The notes beneath the pieces are model-generated. The model made no database searches and was not told the origin of the DNA. It saw only the letters and a list, made by a program, of their open reading frames with translations. A DNA stretch of 63,237 bases, counting the filler, from Dugesia japonica (lineage: Eukaryota), in the NCBI GenBank assembly GCA_001938525.1. It is 6 parts of 6 records of this genome, joined end to end, with 100 filler letters (N's around TTAATTAATTAA, not from the genome) between each part and the next. Parts side by side here need not be neighbours in the genome. Positions count along the whole stretch, not along the records: positions 8,458 to 25,014 come from MQRL01624501.1; positions 25,115 to 34,793 come from MQRL01561321.1; 4 more parts are not named here. One strand, 5' to 3'. The position numbers and the translations under genes are program-made. Positions within the stretch are counted from its first letter, which is position 1; every line of letters starts with the position of its first letter. This document shows positions 12,653 through 25,445 of this stretch, in pieces.

Positions 12653-15031
12653 GAGCTAGAGAATGGAAAATATCAATCACAGTATATAATTCCTGACTTA
12701 GTCCTCTGAACAATTGGTCGTCACGGACTGTTATAGAGGGAAAATAATAATTAAGGGGGCGAGGTTAATTAAGTTCGTAGCCCCTTGTTAGGGAAATAAT
12801 AATAGCCATAACATAGTAATAATAGGTGTTACAATACGACTAGCAGTGAAAATGAAATTAATTTGGAAATAATACGAATAATCAACATAATGCACGAAGA
12901 TATAATGATTTTATTGGTAATAGTACGGTTAATAGTAATTATACAAGCAATCATAATCCGAGCTACTAATACATCCACAAATTTGCAGTTACTAATTAAA
13001 CCCCTAATAATATTAATTGAGACACAATTGATCTGGGTACGCCACTAATCACCATAATTATGATCATCGCACTATCCGTTATAATATTACCATTAATATT
13101 AATAGTAATCATGATGATGATGATGATGATAATAAATAAAATTAACCTAGATAATAATTATGAAAGCAATTTTATAATAGTAATTATAATAAGATCAATA
13201 TTTCTGATATTGATAATGTTGCTAGCAATAATATTATTTTATAAAATTCCGGCTGTTTGTAAAATTTCGTCTATGAGCTCAATTCTGAACTTTGAAAAAT
13301 CCCGCTGTTTAGGGTTGCCTAGTAACGATGATTATTTTCTGCTACTATCGGAATACACGCTGAAAAGTTTATGTGTGTGTTACCACTCGGTTAATTTAAC
13401 TGCAGAATAAATTTCTGGTATTTTCGTCATCACATGCAGCCACGCAGACATGATTGGGTTGGAAAAAAAATTTTGATACATGTGTGCGACTGAATGATAC
13501 TCATAAAATATTCGAATTGCTTTTTGGATCATCGGATCATGTGGTTACTAATAAATTTATTTAACGAATAAAGTTGCCTTTTTTAATGATTTNNNNNNNN
13601 NNNNNNNNNNNNNNNNNNNNNNNNNNNNNNNNNNNNNNNNNNNNTTTATTTCATTTTATTTAAACATATAACCATACTTACTATCAAAAATATTTGGCTA
13701 AGAATTTCTGCAACGGGTTATCTATTCCTCGCACAATGTTTGGAATTTATGATCGATTTTCGGATTGCTGATAACTTCAACTGATCAAAACGATTTTTTA
13801 AAATTAATTTATACTTCTGAATAAGTTAATTACTGTGTACGATACCTCCGATAGCTAATGCGCGATAACTGATTGTCTTTGGGTTTCTTTATGGATATTG
13901 ATAAATTTGCAGTTAAAATTTTCTTTACGGATTAAAGAATGAAATAAATTTTTTTAGTGGTTTAAAATGGTGTGTTTCTTAAGTTTTTTTTAAATCAGGG
14001 GTCCTTTTATAGGATTTTCTTTACACCCCAACTCCGTTGGTATTGGCCAGTTATTTTTAATTTAAAATAACNTGTTTACATTGGCTCCGATACTACCTTT
14101 CTGGAATTTTGCAAACTTTTCTGCAATTCCGTTGGTAGGTATTTTTGGATAATCATGCGAGCTTTTGTTCTTTGTTCTATTTTTATTTTTAGATCTCCTA
14201 TTGGTCCGATCTTGGGGATCCTGCAGCAGCCCTCTGGAAGGTGGTAAGTTTTCCTTCTTAGTAATTTCAACTGCATCTTGATATTTTCTTTCTGTATTTT
14301 CTTATCCTGCTTCTTTCCGATTTCCCTTAGCGAAGTTATTCAGATAAAACGAATTTTTTGTTAATTTCGCTTCTTTTTTTATTTAAAATTAATTAATATT
14401 TTTCGTCTGTTAATTGATTCTTTTCATACCGATTTTCTTGGTTTTTATTATTATTTAATAATTTTTCTTAATTCCGATACTGGTATAGGTTGTTTTAGGA
14501 CACTTAGTTTATTGACCCCATCTTCGATGTTATTTTATTCCTCTTTACAGATTATTTCCGTTACATTCTTTCCAAATTATAATCGCTTTCTTCTTTTGAA
14601 TTTCATACAAGTAAATTTACAGGTTCTATTTTTCTTCTTTGCCGATTCTGAATTTTTTGTCTTATTATCGTTCTTCCCGAGTGTTTCACCCCAACAGTAT
14701 GAAAATTTTTATAATTCGTTGAGATTCATATTTTCATCATTAACAACTGCATTACATAAATGAATGCACTCTTCGGAACACAACTTGGTTTTGATTTTCG
14801 CAAACATGTATTGATGGAATAATGTTCGACATGTTCAGACAAAAATTTCAGATTTTTCACAAATCATCGATCGATATGAATAGTGTTTCATGGCATTGAC
14901 TTTCATATTCGTTTCCTCGTTTGTGGATTTCTCATTATGATGTTGGAATGATATTCAACTTCTCCTTACCAAAATAAAACTGGATATTGCAATCCGTCGT
15001 ATGAGCAATGAATCTTTGAGATTCTTTGAAC

Positions 15032-16660
15032 GGTACCCAAACATTTCACATAAAACTTTTTCACATAAAATCTTTTCACATAAAGACTTTTCATATAAAA
15101 ATGTATAATAATATTAAAAAAATTAAAACAGTAAATCTTTTTTTATTTAGTTTTGTTATGAATAAAGTCGTTTTAAAATTATAATTAATTATTTTTTAAT
15201 TACTATTTCTTTTGTCTTAATTAGTGAATCGAAAATAAATTAATTATAAAGCATACATCCCGGTTGTTCCAACATTGAGACAGGAGACTCTGTCGGGCTC
15301 AACAGATTTCTNNNNNNNNNNNNNNNNNNNNNNNNNNNNNNNNNNNNNNNNNNTAAATATCCTATATTAACATAATAAATATATTAGATCAAATAAATAA
15401 AAGATCAGAAGAACAACAAATAAGAATCAACTTTTGAGTAATTTCCCTATGCTTAAAAGATAGTCACATATTTCTCCATTTTTTTACATTCTGCATAGAA
15501 TTGAACAATAATTTCAATCTTACTATTAATGAGAATATATTTTTTTTAATTGGATGCCTGATTTTAGTATGACCTGCCAGCAGTTGCGAAATCAAAATTT
15601 TATTATCTCTTNNNNNNNNNNNNNNNNNNNNNNNNNNNNNNNNNNNNNNNNNNNNNNNNNNNNNNNNNNNTTTTTGGAATCGAGAATGCCATCCTTCGAC
15701 AACATTATTTGTCCTCCTATATCCAGAAATTACAGAATTATAACAATTTCAAGTATTTACAGCAAATGTAGTAGTAATTAAATTCCAATTTTCAACATTA
15801 TTTTCTGCTCCAATATATACACGGTCAATATATTTCACAAAATCTTCTAATACTGGAGATGAACTGCTAAAAAAGTCTTTGAATACATCAATTATATCTT
15901 CAGGTATAAATGGAAGAGCCATATATTTTAACAAGGAATCTTTTATATCTATGCTTTCTTTACTCATATATAGCCGAGAAAGACCTTCTTCTTGGACTTG
16001 TCTTCATAGAGATTGATTAAAATGAAACTAACATCCTTTAACTCGACTATTTGTAAGGACTTCTGATATTGCGCTTATAGCTCCAATTTAAAAGTCCATC
16101 ATAATAGTCTCTGGATTAAAAATTAATCCATTGCTAAGTGCAGCGCTGATGATATGCTGATAAATTATTTTATATGTATGCTTCGATTTACGAAGACACA
16201 GAACATAAATAAAAGGAAAGCTATGCCCTGGAACTTCTCCGTGTATTGTATATAACCTTTTGACCATGATATCACAAGATATATTCATCAAGATATACTG
16301 TAAAATATTTTATTTAAGTTTAAATAATTAACATTTATATTTTGTAATTATATTATCTGGTATTTATTTAATAAATCTTTAACCTATTTGATCGAATTAA
16401 GCATCAACCATGCTGATGTTATTATCTGATATAATAATTTGATTTTTTTTANTTTTAATAATGCCTGATTTGTTCTTCTGATCTTTTATTTATTTGATCT
16501 AATATATTATTATAAGTTTTTATGTGAAAAAGTTTTATTTGAAAATTTTTTATGTGAAAAAGTTTTATGTGAAAATTCTTTGTGAAAATTTTTTGTGTGA
16601 AAAGTTTTTATTTGAAAAAGTTTTATGTGAAAAGTTTTTATGTTAAATGTCTGTGTATCC
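15032..16660 (-). mobile_element. Mutator-like (MULE) element with repeat-rich TIRs, inserted in the Helitron
   Basis: TIRs ggtacccaaacatttcacataaaa / ggatacacagacatttaacataaaa with subterminal ttttcacataaaa repeats; (c)tttgaac duplicated on both sides. Transposase motifs LYTIHG..PFIYVL..KSKHTY..IMMDF..VKGC*FHFNQSL..MALPFIP. Confidence 0.9.
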
Positions 16661-19146
16661 TTTGAACATCAAAATCTATGGGATAAATAATTATNNNNNN
16701 NNNNNNNNNNNNNNNNNNNNNNNNNNNNNNNNNNNNNNNNNNNNTGACCATGATATCACAAGATATATTCATCAAGATATACTGTAAAATATTTTATTTA
16801 AGTTTAAATAATTAACATTTATATTTTGTAATTATATTATCTGGTATTTATTTAATAAATCTTTAACCTATTTGATCGAATTAAGCATCAACCATGCTGA
16901 TGTTATTATCTGATATAATAATTTGATTTTTTTTANNNNNNNNNNNNNNNNNNNNNNNNNNNNNNNNNNNNNNNNNNNNNNNNNNNNNNNNNNNNNNNNN
17001 NNNNNNNNNNNNNNNNNNNNNNNNNNNNNNNNNNNNNNNNNNNNNNNNNNNNNNNNNNNNNNNNNNNNNNNNNNNNNNNNNNNNNNNNNNNNNNNNNNNN
17101 NNNNNNTTTTATGTGAAAAGTTTTTATGTTAAATGTCTGTGTATCCTTTGAACATCAAAATCTATGGGATAAATAATTATATCATGAGTGTTAAATTCTT
17201 TGCCAACTATAACAATTACCATCAATTGTTGGTGCATTATATTGTCTTTCATGTTGACCGACAGATGTTTTGTCTTCTCTGCCTTTGTTGTTATCAGTTG
17301 AAAATTGTTCAAGGGCACTTATGAACAATCAAAATAATTCGTTGAGTTAATCGAATAAAGTTTATAATGCAGTGATATTATCTCGCCTAGTGCCCTTATT
17401 GAAATGACCTCGAATTGTAATTCAAAACATGATTTAGAAAATAATTTTATTGCTAGCGAAAATTAAAATTAAAATCAAAACACATATACACACATGCACA
17501 TAACACAAATTACATAACAAACATTAATCAAGAACCCAATGCAACATACCCAGAGCTTGATCGTTTGAAAACCAGATTATTCTCTAATTCAATCCATCAA
17601 ATTAATACATTAATTGACTGTTTAATTTATTATTTAATCTGACTATTTAACTTGGTGATTTATTATATCTGTTAATTGATCTGATACATCTGTATATCTG
17701 CAAATCATTTTATTTTATTATTTTTTTATTGTTATTATTAGTTTTTCAATTCTGTTTAAAAAATCGTTAATAAAATTTGTTCGAAAAATTTCTGTACAAA
17801 ATTTCCACGTGAAAAAATTTTACAAAATAAACTTCAAAATTTTTATAATTGCAATAATATATTTTTATGTAAATTGAAATTTTATATATTCTGTAAATAT
17901 TCTTCAAAATTGTTATAATAATTTTCAAGTTTTTAAGAAAGTAAGAAGTGTTTTTGGAAACACGCTGTGTAAAAGGGTATAAATACTGCGGTAAGACATA
18001 CATTTCTCACTATTCTAATAAACGTTTAAAAAGCGATACAAAGCTTCTAAAGCTGCTTATCCAAGACTAAAAATAATAACGCTTATTTTAACGTCTAAAT
18101 TAAAATTGCTGTAATTTTTTATAAAAGTAATTTTCCCATTTTCGATAAAGGTAATATCTAGTTTATATGTAATATATTATTCTATCTATTATAATCATAT
18201 TAAGGAATAAGAAAACCTATATCATTAGATCTACAATTTAAACAGTTGAATTTTAAAACTTTTATAGTAACTTAAAACTCATGCAATTGTTGATTTGCCT
18301 TAGCAAAATCCATAAGATATCTCAATATTATAAAAAATTTTAAAAACCTATTTCTGCTATATCATTTAATATTTTAAATTTAAACATAAATATTTTGGAC
18401 AGTACTGAAAAGATTTTCAGTAATTTAAAAAAAATCATAAAAATGGCTTTCAAGGTTTTAGATAAAATAAATTTATGGTTGTACTAATTTAGAAACCTTN
18501 NNNNNNNNNNNNNNNNNNNNNNNNNNNNNNNNNNNNNNNNNNNNNNNNNNNNNNNNNNNNNNNNNNNNNNNNNNNNNNNNNNNNNTTCATTTTTTATATA
18601 TAAAGAATAAAAAAATTATTGATTATGAAATTATAAAAAAATAAAAAAATTTTAATAGATTAATTTTCATTTTCAAACAATTATATTTCATTTACAAATA
18701 ATTTATTAATCACATTATAATCACATTAATCATATCTAATTATACTATTATACAATTACCACGTAAAAAATCGAATTAAGTTTATTAATATTTTAGAAAG
18801 AACTGACCGAGCATAATTTTTTTGATCATTAGATCTAACTTTTCATACTTTAATGAATTATAATAAACTAACTGGGGAAGTTTCAGAACTTTATTTTTGC
18901 AATTTTATAGAAAATTTTTGAATATTATATAGAATTTTATTAAATATCTAATGTTTTAATTTAATTTTACAATTAATTCAAAATTAAATCAAAAATAATT
19001 TTTATTAAAATATTTTAATTATTTCACTAAATATTTTTTTCATTATTAAAAATATCCAAGAATCAGTTTTAAACCAGTTTTTTTAAAATCAAATTTTGTT
19101 TAAATAATATTATTCGCTTAAATAATAAGATTTTATCTATAATTTA

Positions 19147-21639
19147 ATGGGCGACAGAGATAATTATAAAGTAGATATTGATATTGTTAAATATTACCAG
19201 TCATCCTTGAAATCGTATCAAAATGCTTCTGATAATGATAAATGTAGTTTAGCCATTAATTTTAGTTTGTCATATTAATTATTTTAAGATGATGAAGCTC
19301 TAAAAACTGTCGCATCTTTGAATAAGAATGGAATTAAAGTATGTTATCACACGTCAATATGTAAAATAATGGAACAATTTGTTAAAGATTTCCCTACTGG
19401 TGAGATAGTGGGATGTTTATTTAGATCTATAAATGCTTACTTGGANGGAGTTATTATTGGGAAAAATACTTCTCGACTTTTGGAAAAAGTACTCTTAGCA
19501 TGTCAGTCTAAAGATATAGCTCAAGATGATATAGTCCAATTTCAAAGCGAGAAATTCTGTGAATATATGTGGATTCATTATCCTGATAATCTAGAGAATA
19601 ATATCGGATCACATATAGTTAGAATGTTTTTTCAATTTGTTTGTGGCGTTTATGTGGGTATGGAGGGAATGGTTTATTCATCAAAATCAGTTGTCATTAG
19701 TAAACCCATGCAAAGTAACTACAAAGAAAAATTAGAAGATTTAATCAAACGATTTTTAATGAATCCTCAAATTAATTTATTAATTACTAACGAATATATG
19801 AGTTCTACTTTACAAATAATACTGGTTATTTGTTCTGTTCGTTGCCCGGAAAAATACGATGAAGTAGTTAAGCATTTAATGTATATTCTTTGTTGCATAG
19901 AAGATAAGGTTTCCAGTAAAAATTCTGATTTAATTAAGTAAGTTATATATCTATTTTTGTGATAAAATATATCGAGTCTTANTTTTTTCAATGAAAATAA
20001 ATAATATTGATGATATAAAGAGTTTAAAAATGTTTCCATTAAATTAATAATTAAATTTTTTCTAATTATAAATGAATAGTCCATAAATAACATTACAAAG
20101 CTTTAACTTAACCTCATCATATAATGTCTAACTCACTCAATATAATTTCTGTAATCAGGAAAATGTCCCTAAGAAAAAGAAGGACATTTCCTTGTATCTT
20201 TTACTAAGTAGTGATAAAAAGGTTTAATACGCGACAAAATTAATATTTAAACGTGGCAGTGCAGTTGAATTTCAATCCGAAACTNNNNNNNNNNNNNNNN
20301 NNNNNNNNNNNNNNNNNNNNNNNNNNNNNNNNNNNNNNNNNNNNNNNNNNNNNNNNNNNNNNNNNNNNNNNNNNNNNNNNNNNNNNNNNNNNNNNNNNNN
20401 NNNNNNNNNAAGCGATAAATCTAATAAAAAACAAAATCATTTCCCCAGAAAACCAGACAAAATAAGCATTTATCATTTTGACAGTTTACAGTATTTCATT
20501 CTCTTAAATTTTGTGACATTATGTAAGTACGCCATCTAATAATTTTATTCCTAGAATTCCAGAAAGTTTCCGCGACAAATATCAAAGTTTCTTTTTGGAA
20601 TGTTTAATTTACAATCTCGAAGATGGAATTCATTGGAAACGATTTGTCAAAAAGTATTTGAATTTAGGAAAAGAAAAGTTTATTGCCGATATATTTGAAA
20701 ATTCGAATTCTTGTGGATTATTTCGGTCAGCAATAATGCGTCTAACCTCCACTAAATTACTCTTGGAAATTATACAACAAGTCAAGTCTACCTTGTTTGA
20801 AATCAAGAATTTTCAGTGTGGAAATGTATTTTTGAAACTAATCATTGAATTTGTCAATAAAATTGTGCTTTTTACCGATGAAGAACAATCTGAATTACGA
20901 ACATATAAAAATTCAATTATTGAAGTATTTATTGAATTATTATGTTTTTTGGATAAATTTTAACTATTAGATTGTGCAATTTTTATCGAAAGATGATATG
21001 GGTGCAAATTCTTTAGTAAAATTTCTTGGTAATGGGTTAAATTTTCAAAATACTGAAGAAGACCGAGAAGAACAAGACGAAGAGAATTTCATTGAACATG
21101 AAAAGGTTTGCTCAGTTTGGTCTTCTCTTTTAATGCAAGCCATTTTAAAACGTTTTAAACCGATTCCTAAATCGATAAATAATTTATTTATCGGCACAAA
21201 AAGCGAAGAAATCGTTCAGTTGTGCTCTAATTCAAAAGCAAGTCGATTAATCGAAACATTTATCGATTCAGGAAATAATAATGTTCCCGATAATGTAAAA
21301 ATTCGATTTTTCGATTTGTTGAGTGCAGAAGAATTGTTGGAGATTGCATGTTCCAAGTTTGGAAGTCGAGTTATGGATTGCATTTATTTGTGTTGTCAAA
21401 ATAATCAATTATTCACAATTATCAAATCGAAATTAGAGTCGAAAAGAAATGAAATGAAACAACATAATATTGGAAAATATGTCGAATCGAAATTTTTCGG
21501 TTATATTCCCAAACTAAAAGGTAAAATAATGAAAAAATCGAAAGATAATGAAACGCAAAAGGTGGTTAATCAGAAACGGTCGGCACAAGTAAATGAAGTG
21601 AAAAATGGTTCACATTCGAAAAAACAGAAAATAAAATAA
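19147..21639 (+). CDS. NOP9: Nucleolar protein 9 (PUF/Pumilio-like repeat), multi-exon
   Basis: Exons about 19147-19243, 19289-19937, 20555-20924 and 20971-21639; extra exon(s) may lie in the N gap. PUF-like motifs GSHIVRMFF, ASRLIETFI and LEIACSKFGSRVMDCIY; lysine-rich tail. Confidence 0.8.
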
Positions 21640-22459
21640 AGTTTTTGGACTTTTTTCTTATTTATTTTTTCTTTTGAATAATCGATACAATTCTACATTA
21701 ATTAAAGTTCTGTAGGTTATAATAAAAATAATATTGATAACACACCTAGATTCCACTTTGTGCCGTTACTAACGTTACTAAATTTTACGACGCAGACAGA
21801 AACAACGTAAAATGAATTAGAATTTAATTGGAGAATCTATGCAAATGTAAATTGAAGATAGGTTCCCAAAAAATTCCACAAAAACAATAAATATAAATAT
21901 ATATAATATAAATATAATATGAAAATTCAATTAAACAAAAAATGTAACATTCTTTATTCATTCTGATTCAAATGAACGCAGATGTTAATACCGGAAATTT
22001 TGGATCAAATATTTTTTTAAAAATTCTCTATTAAGCTCCTTATGGCTATTACTTCCATTATCTAGGTACTTTAGTGCTTTGATCAAAGTTAGGATCATTT
22101 AAATTTTGTTTAACTATAACAAAAGAAATTTATAATTCACCAATAAATATCCTAACCAGAAATTATGCTTTAAAAATAACATCTACATTGAATGGAACAA
22201 GCCTCATGAAAATGCTGAATTGAGATTGTTGTTAAATTGGCCGTAGAGAAATTTTTTTATACAAAAAAAGAATTTTTAAAAAATTTAACGATGCAACTTC
22301 GTAAATATGCGGTTCAAAGTGAAAATTAATATTAATTCGAATGCGACACACGTTCGAAAAAACGCAAATCGAATCTACACAAAAAAAAATTAGGTGTAAT
22401 TCTCTTGATAATAATTTCTTGAAATCTGATTGAATAATAAAAATTGAATAATAATAAAA

Positions 22460-23150
22460 ATAGAATAATAGTGTCTCTAAAAATAGTGTCTCACGATCTG
22501 CGAAGCTCTTGACAATATTTGCAATAAATATGAGTTCCTATTGATGACTCACAGTCCAGAAATTTTCTTCTCTGACTTCTCCGATTTCCTTTCTCAACCT
22601 TTTTAATTTTGCACGATTAGTTTGCTGTTTAGCTAACACATCTTCTCGTGTGGGGTGACCTGGCTAGATTGACATACTGAATAAGTAGTTACATTTAGTT
22701 TTATAATTATTATAAAAATTTGATTATTTATAAATTGGTTTAATTTCAATAGACTCAAAACAAATCAATTTATCAACATTAATTCAAGTTGTTAATTGAT
22801 TCAAATACCATATTACATAAATTATATTGATGTTATCACAATGTTATCATAACTTTGTCATATTCCATTAAATATAGAACGAGCGTAGGCATCGTTCGGT
22901 TGATTCTATTTGCCAGGCGCTCCGCTATTTATTGTGAGCCAAAAAAATCAATAAAGTTACAATCCGTCATAGCCAGTGTACAGCGACGATGATCTAAATA
23001 TCGACTCAGTAGATCGGCGATTGCTTTATTTTGTCTTTCTTGATCCGGCTCTTTCTTTATCTTCTGGGTTTCGATATGCTCAATCTTTTTTTCTTATGTT
23101 TTGTATCTCTTCTCGATGGTATCGGATTTCCATTACTTTGATGCTGATTT
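22460..23150 (-). mobile_element. Internal fragment of the multi-ORF element family (gene B- and D-like remnants)
   Basis: RAKLKRLRKEIGEV..VSHQ..VKSFADRETLF behind an attcag| acceptor, and QNKAIADLLSRYLDHRRC upstream. Confidence 0.5.
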
Positions 23151-24231
23151 TGTTTTCAGATCAGGTAACTCAGATCCCAGTTTGCGTGTTAAAATTTATA
23201 TCCTATCCCGAATAATTCAGAAATAATTTCCGTACACTAATCGAGCAAGAACAGAAGCAATTGCAAGAAATTCGTGTACAGAAAAATAAATATAAAATTC
23301 TGCCCAAAGTGGATTTTACCTTACTTTTTCATTCAGCAAAAATTTTAAATCGACAACCAATTTCTAATTCACGAGAGGAGAAAATCATCTGCCATATTGG
23401 TCGCCAGTTTTATTTTTGGTAAGAATTTGTCTATTTTTATTTAATTTTTGTAGCTTGGTTCTATCTCACCTGATTAATAAATTATGAATATTCTCTGAAA
23501 AAGATTAATTAATTGAAACAGTATCCATGAAAAATAAATCTCAGCTAGAATAGTTCGAGCTACGCCGATTTTCTTGTCAAGTACCACCTACAGAAAATAT
23601 GCCGAAAGAAAATAATATTTTCTTTGTTACATTTCTACACTTCACAGAAAGAAACATGAACAAATATTAATTAAAGAAGATAAACCTCAGATTAATATAG
23701 TGTTCAACAATTACAATATTTGAAAAAAATATATTTTTTATTAAAAAAAGTTTATATCAGTATCTATAAATAATATTTTTAAAATTAATATATTTTTTAT
23801 ATAAAAAATTTAAAAANNNNNNNNNNNNNNNNNNNNNNNNNNNNNNNNNNNNNNNNNNNNNNNNNNNNNNNNNNNNNNNNNNNNNNNNNNNNNNNNNNNN
23901 NNNNNNNNNNNNNNNNNNNNNNNNNNNNNNNNNNNNNNNNNNNNNNNNNNNNNNNNNNNNNNNNNNNNNNNNNNNNNNNNNNNATTAGTTCATTTTTGAA
24001 TGAATTTTAATAAAGAAATTTATAAAAAATAATATTTAAAACATAAATTATTTGTATAAAAAACACAAAACAAAATAAAATTTTTAAAAATTTTCAAAAA
24101 AAATACAAAAATATTAAATTTAAAAAATTCTAAGTATAATATATCTATAATATCTAATAGACTTTTCTGTATTAATCAAAAAAATTTTTTTGAAAATTTT
24201 TTGAGTTGATTTAAAAAATAAAAATTAAAAT

Positions 24232-25014
24232 TGTTGGGGTTCTACCTGAGTCGGAAAAGTGACTGGGGAAAAAACAGTCCTCAGGGGAACCCTTTCAAGA
24301 ATTTAACCCTACCGTCCCTTTGGTAGGTTTTCAGTTTATTGTGGTTGACTTTACCCTTGATGGAAGGTGCGCGCCAATAAACCTTTTGTTCGGGTTCTAT
24401 ATATTTTCCCTACTGTTTATGTCGTGATAATTAAANATCTTTGTTATTCTAAGCAGAACATTTATTTAATAACAACACATTTATAATAAATCCAAGGCTT
24501 CTGGATCTAGCCATGGTCAGGGGTAGTGGTGATGAAATTAAACATCGCTATATCGTCATCCNNNNNNNNNNNNNNNNNNNNNNNNNNNNNNNNNNNNNNN
24601 NNNNNNNNNNNNNNNTATTGTTTCAAGAATTCCACCTTACGTTGCAGCAAGAGTTTGTTTTCCTCCTCCAACGCTTTAGTTTGGGTTGCTAAGTCTGATT
24701 GGTTCTTCACGACAAGATCGAGTTTTTTAATTAATCGATCGCGTTGATCGAAGTGTTTTAATAAGGCCTTATCCACTTTTCTCTTTAAATGTCGTTTGAT
24801 GAGGAGACGGCGCAAGAGGCGATGACAACGCCTTAAACTAGTGGGGAATTGAATTCTAGGCACTGAAATAACAAGAATATTAGACAAGCATATGATAAAA
24901 ATAAGTCATTCGCTTATTAGTGAAAATCACAAAACAAAACAATCAAGTAATGAATAAAATAGATTTTTAGATTTACACAAAATTAAGGATGGAGATTGTT
25001 TTTAGTTTGTGTAC
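24232..25014 (-). mobile_element. Partial copy of the multi-ORF element (terminus, gene A, tail of gene B)
   Basis: TGTTGGGGT at 24232 with clear similarity to 10715-10910; gene A ORF 24507-24862; (G)TQTKNNLHP* at 25014-24983. Confidence 0.85.
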
Positions 25015-25114
25015 NNNNNNNNNNNNNNNNNNNNNNNNNNNNNNNNNNNNNNNNNNNNTTAATTAATTAANNNNNNNNNNNNNNNNNNNNNNNNNNNNNN
25101 NNNNNNNNNNNNNN
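25015..25114. other. Artificial contig linker
   Basis: N-TTAATTAATTAA-N spacer. Confidence 0.97.
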
Positions 25115-25445
25115 ATTTTCCCAACTAAATACACAGGAAAAATTGATAGCCACTTTGCCGTCTAATAAGCTTGAAAATTTTTCCCAACCAAATACACTGG
25201 AAAAAAGGAACCTCTCTTACATAATAATCTCGTGACAAGATTAATTAAATTATGTAACGCACACAAATGTGTGCTGTCGCCTATTTACATTAGAAAAATT
25301 TAAAAACAGTTATGTAATAATCNNNNNNNNNNNNNNNNNNNNNNNNNNNNNNNNNNNNNNNNNNNNNNNNNNTATGTAATAATCCGATTACGTCGGGGGG
25401 GGGCTCTGCATGTGTGCTGAGGCTGTGCGCTACTATCTATCTACT
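25115..25445. mobile_element. Polinton/Maverick-like terminal repeat end
   Basis: Ends ...gctactatctatctact, i.e. AGTAGATAGATAGTAG on the minus strand; Polinton TIRs begin with AG/AGT simple repeats. Confidence 0.55.

Larger units (their letters stand above)
10715..14696 (-). mobile_element. Full-length 3982-bp unclassified element (giant solo-LTR-like) with 9-bp TIR and 4-bp TSD GTAT
   Basis: Begins TGTTGGGGT and ends ACCCCAACA; GTAT at both 10711-10714 and 14697-14700; the flanks are contiguous Helitron sequence. Confidence 0.9.
9690..17400 (-). mobile_element. Helitron Rep region (degenerate), interrupted by two insertions
   Basis: QHERQYNAPTID, SYDGLQYPVLFW, RTLFHQY, MHQYAQ, VFITFTC.PAW, MIHDPCDLLNRNSPC..CTKRY, GGYPLY, VNNQWVVPY. 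The reading resumes across both the 10715-14696 and 15032-16660 insertions. Confidence 0.9.

Noticed and set aside
12863-13410. Hydrophobic Ile/Met-rich ORFs as membrane proteins
   Set aside because: They arise from AAT/ATG low-complexity sequence, on the strand opposite the element's genes.
16745-17180. Tandem duplication of the MULE end
   Set aside because: Near-identical to 16260-16451 and 16620-16694 and bounded by N gaps; most likely an assembly overlap.
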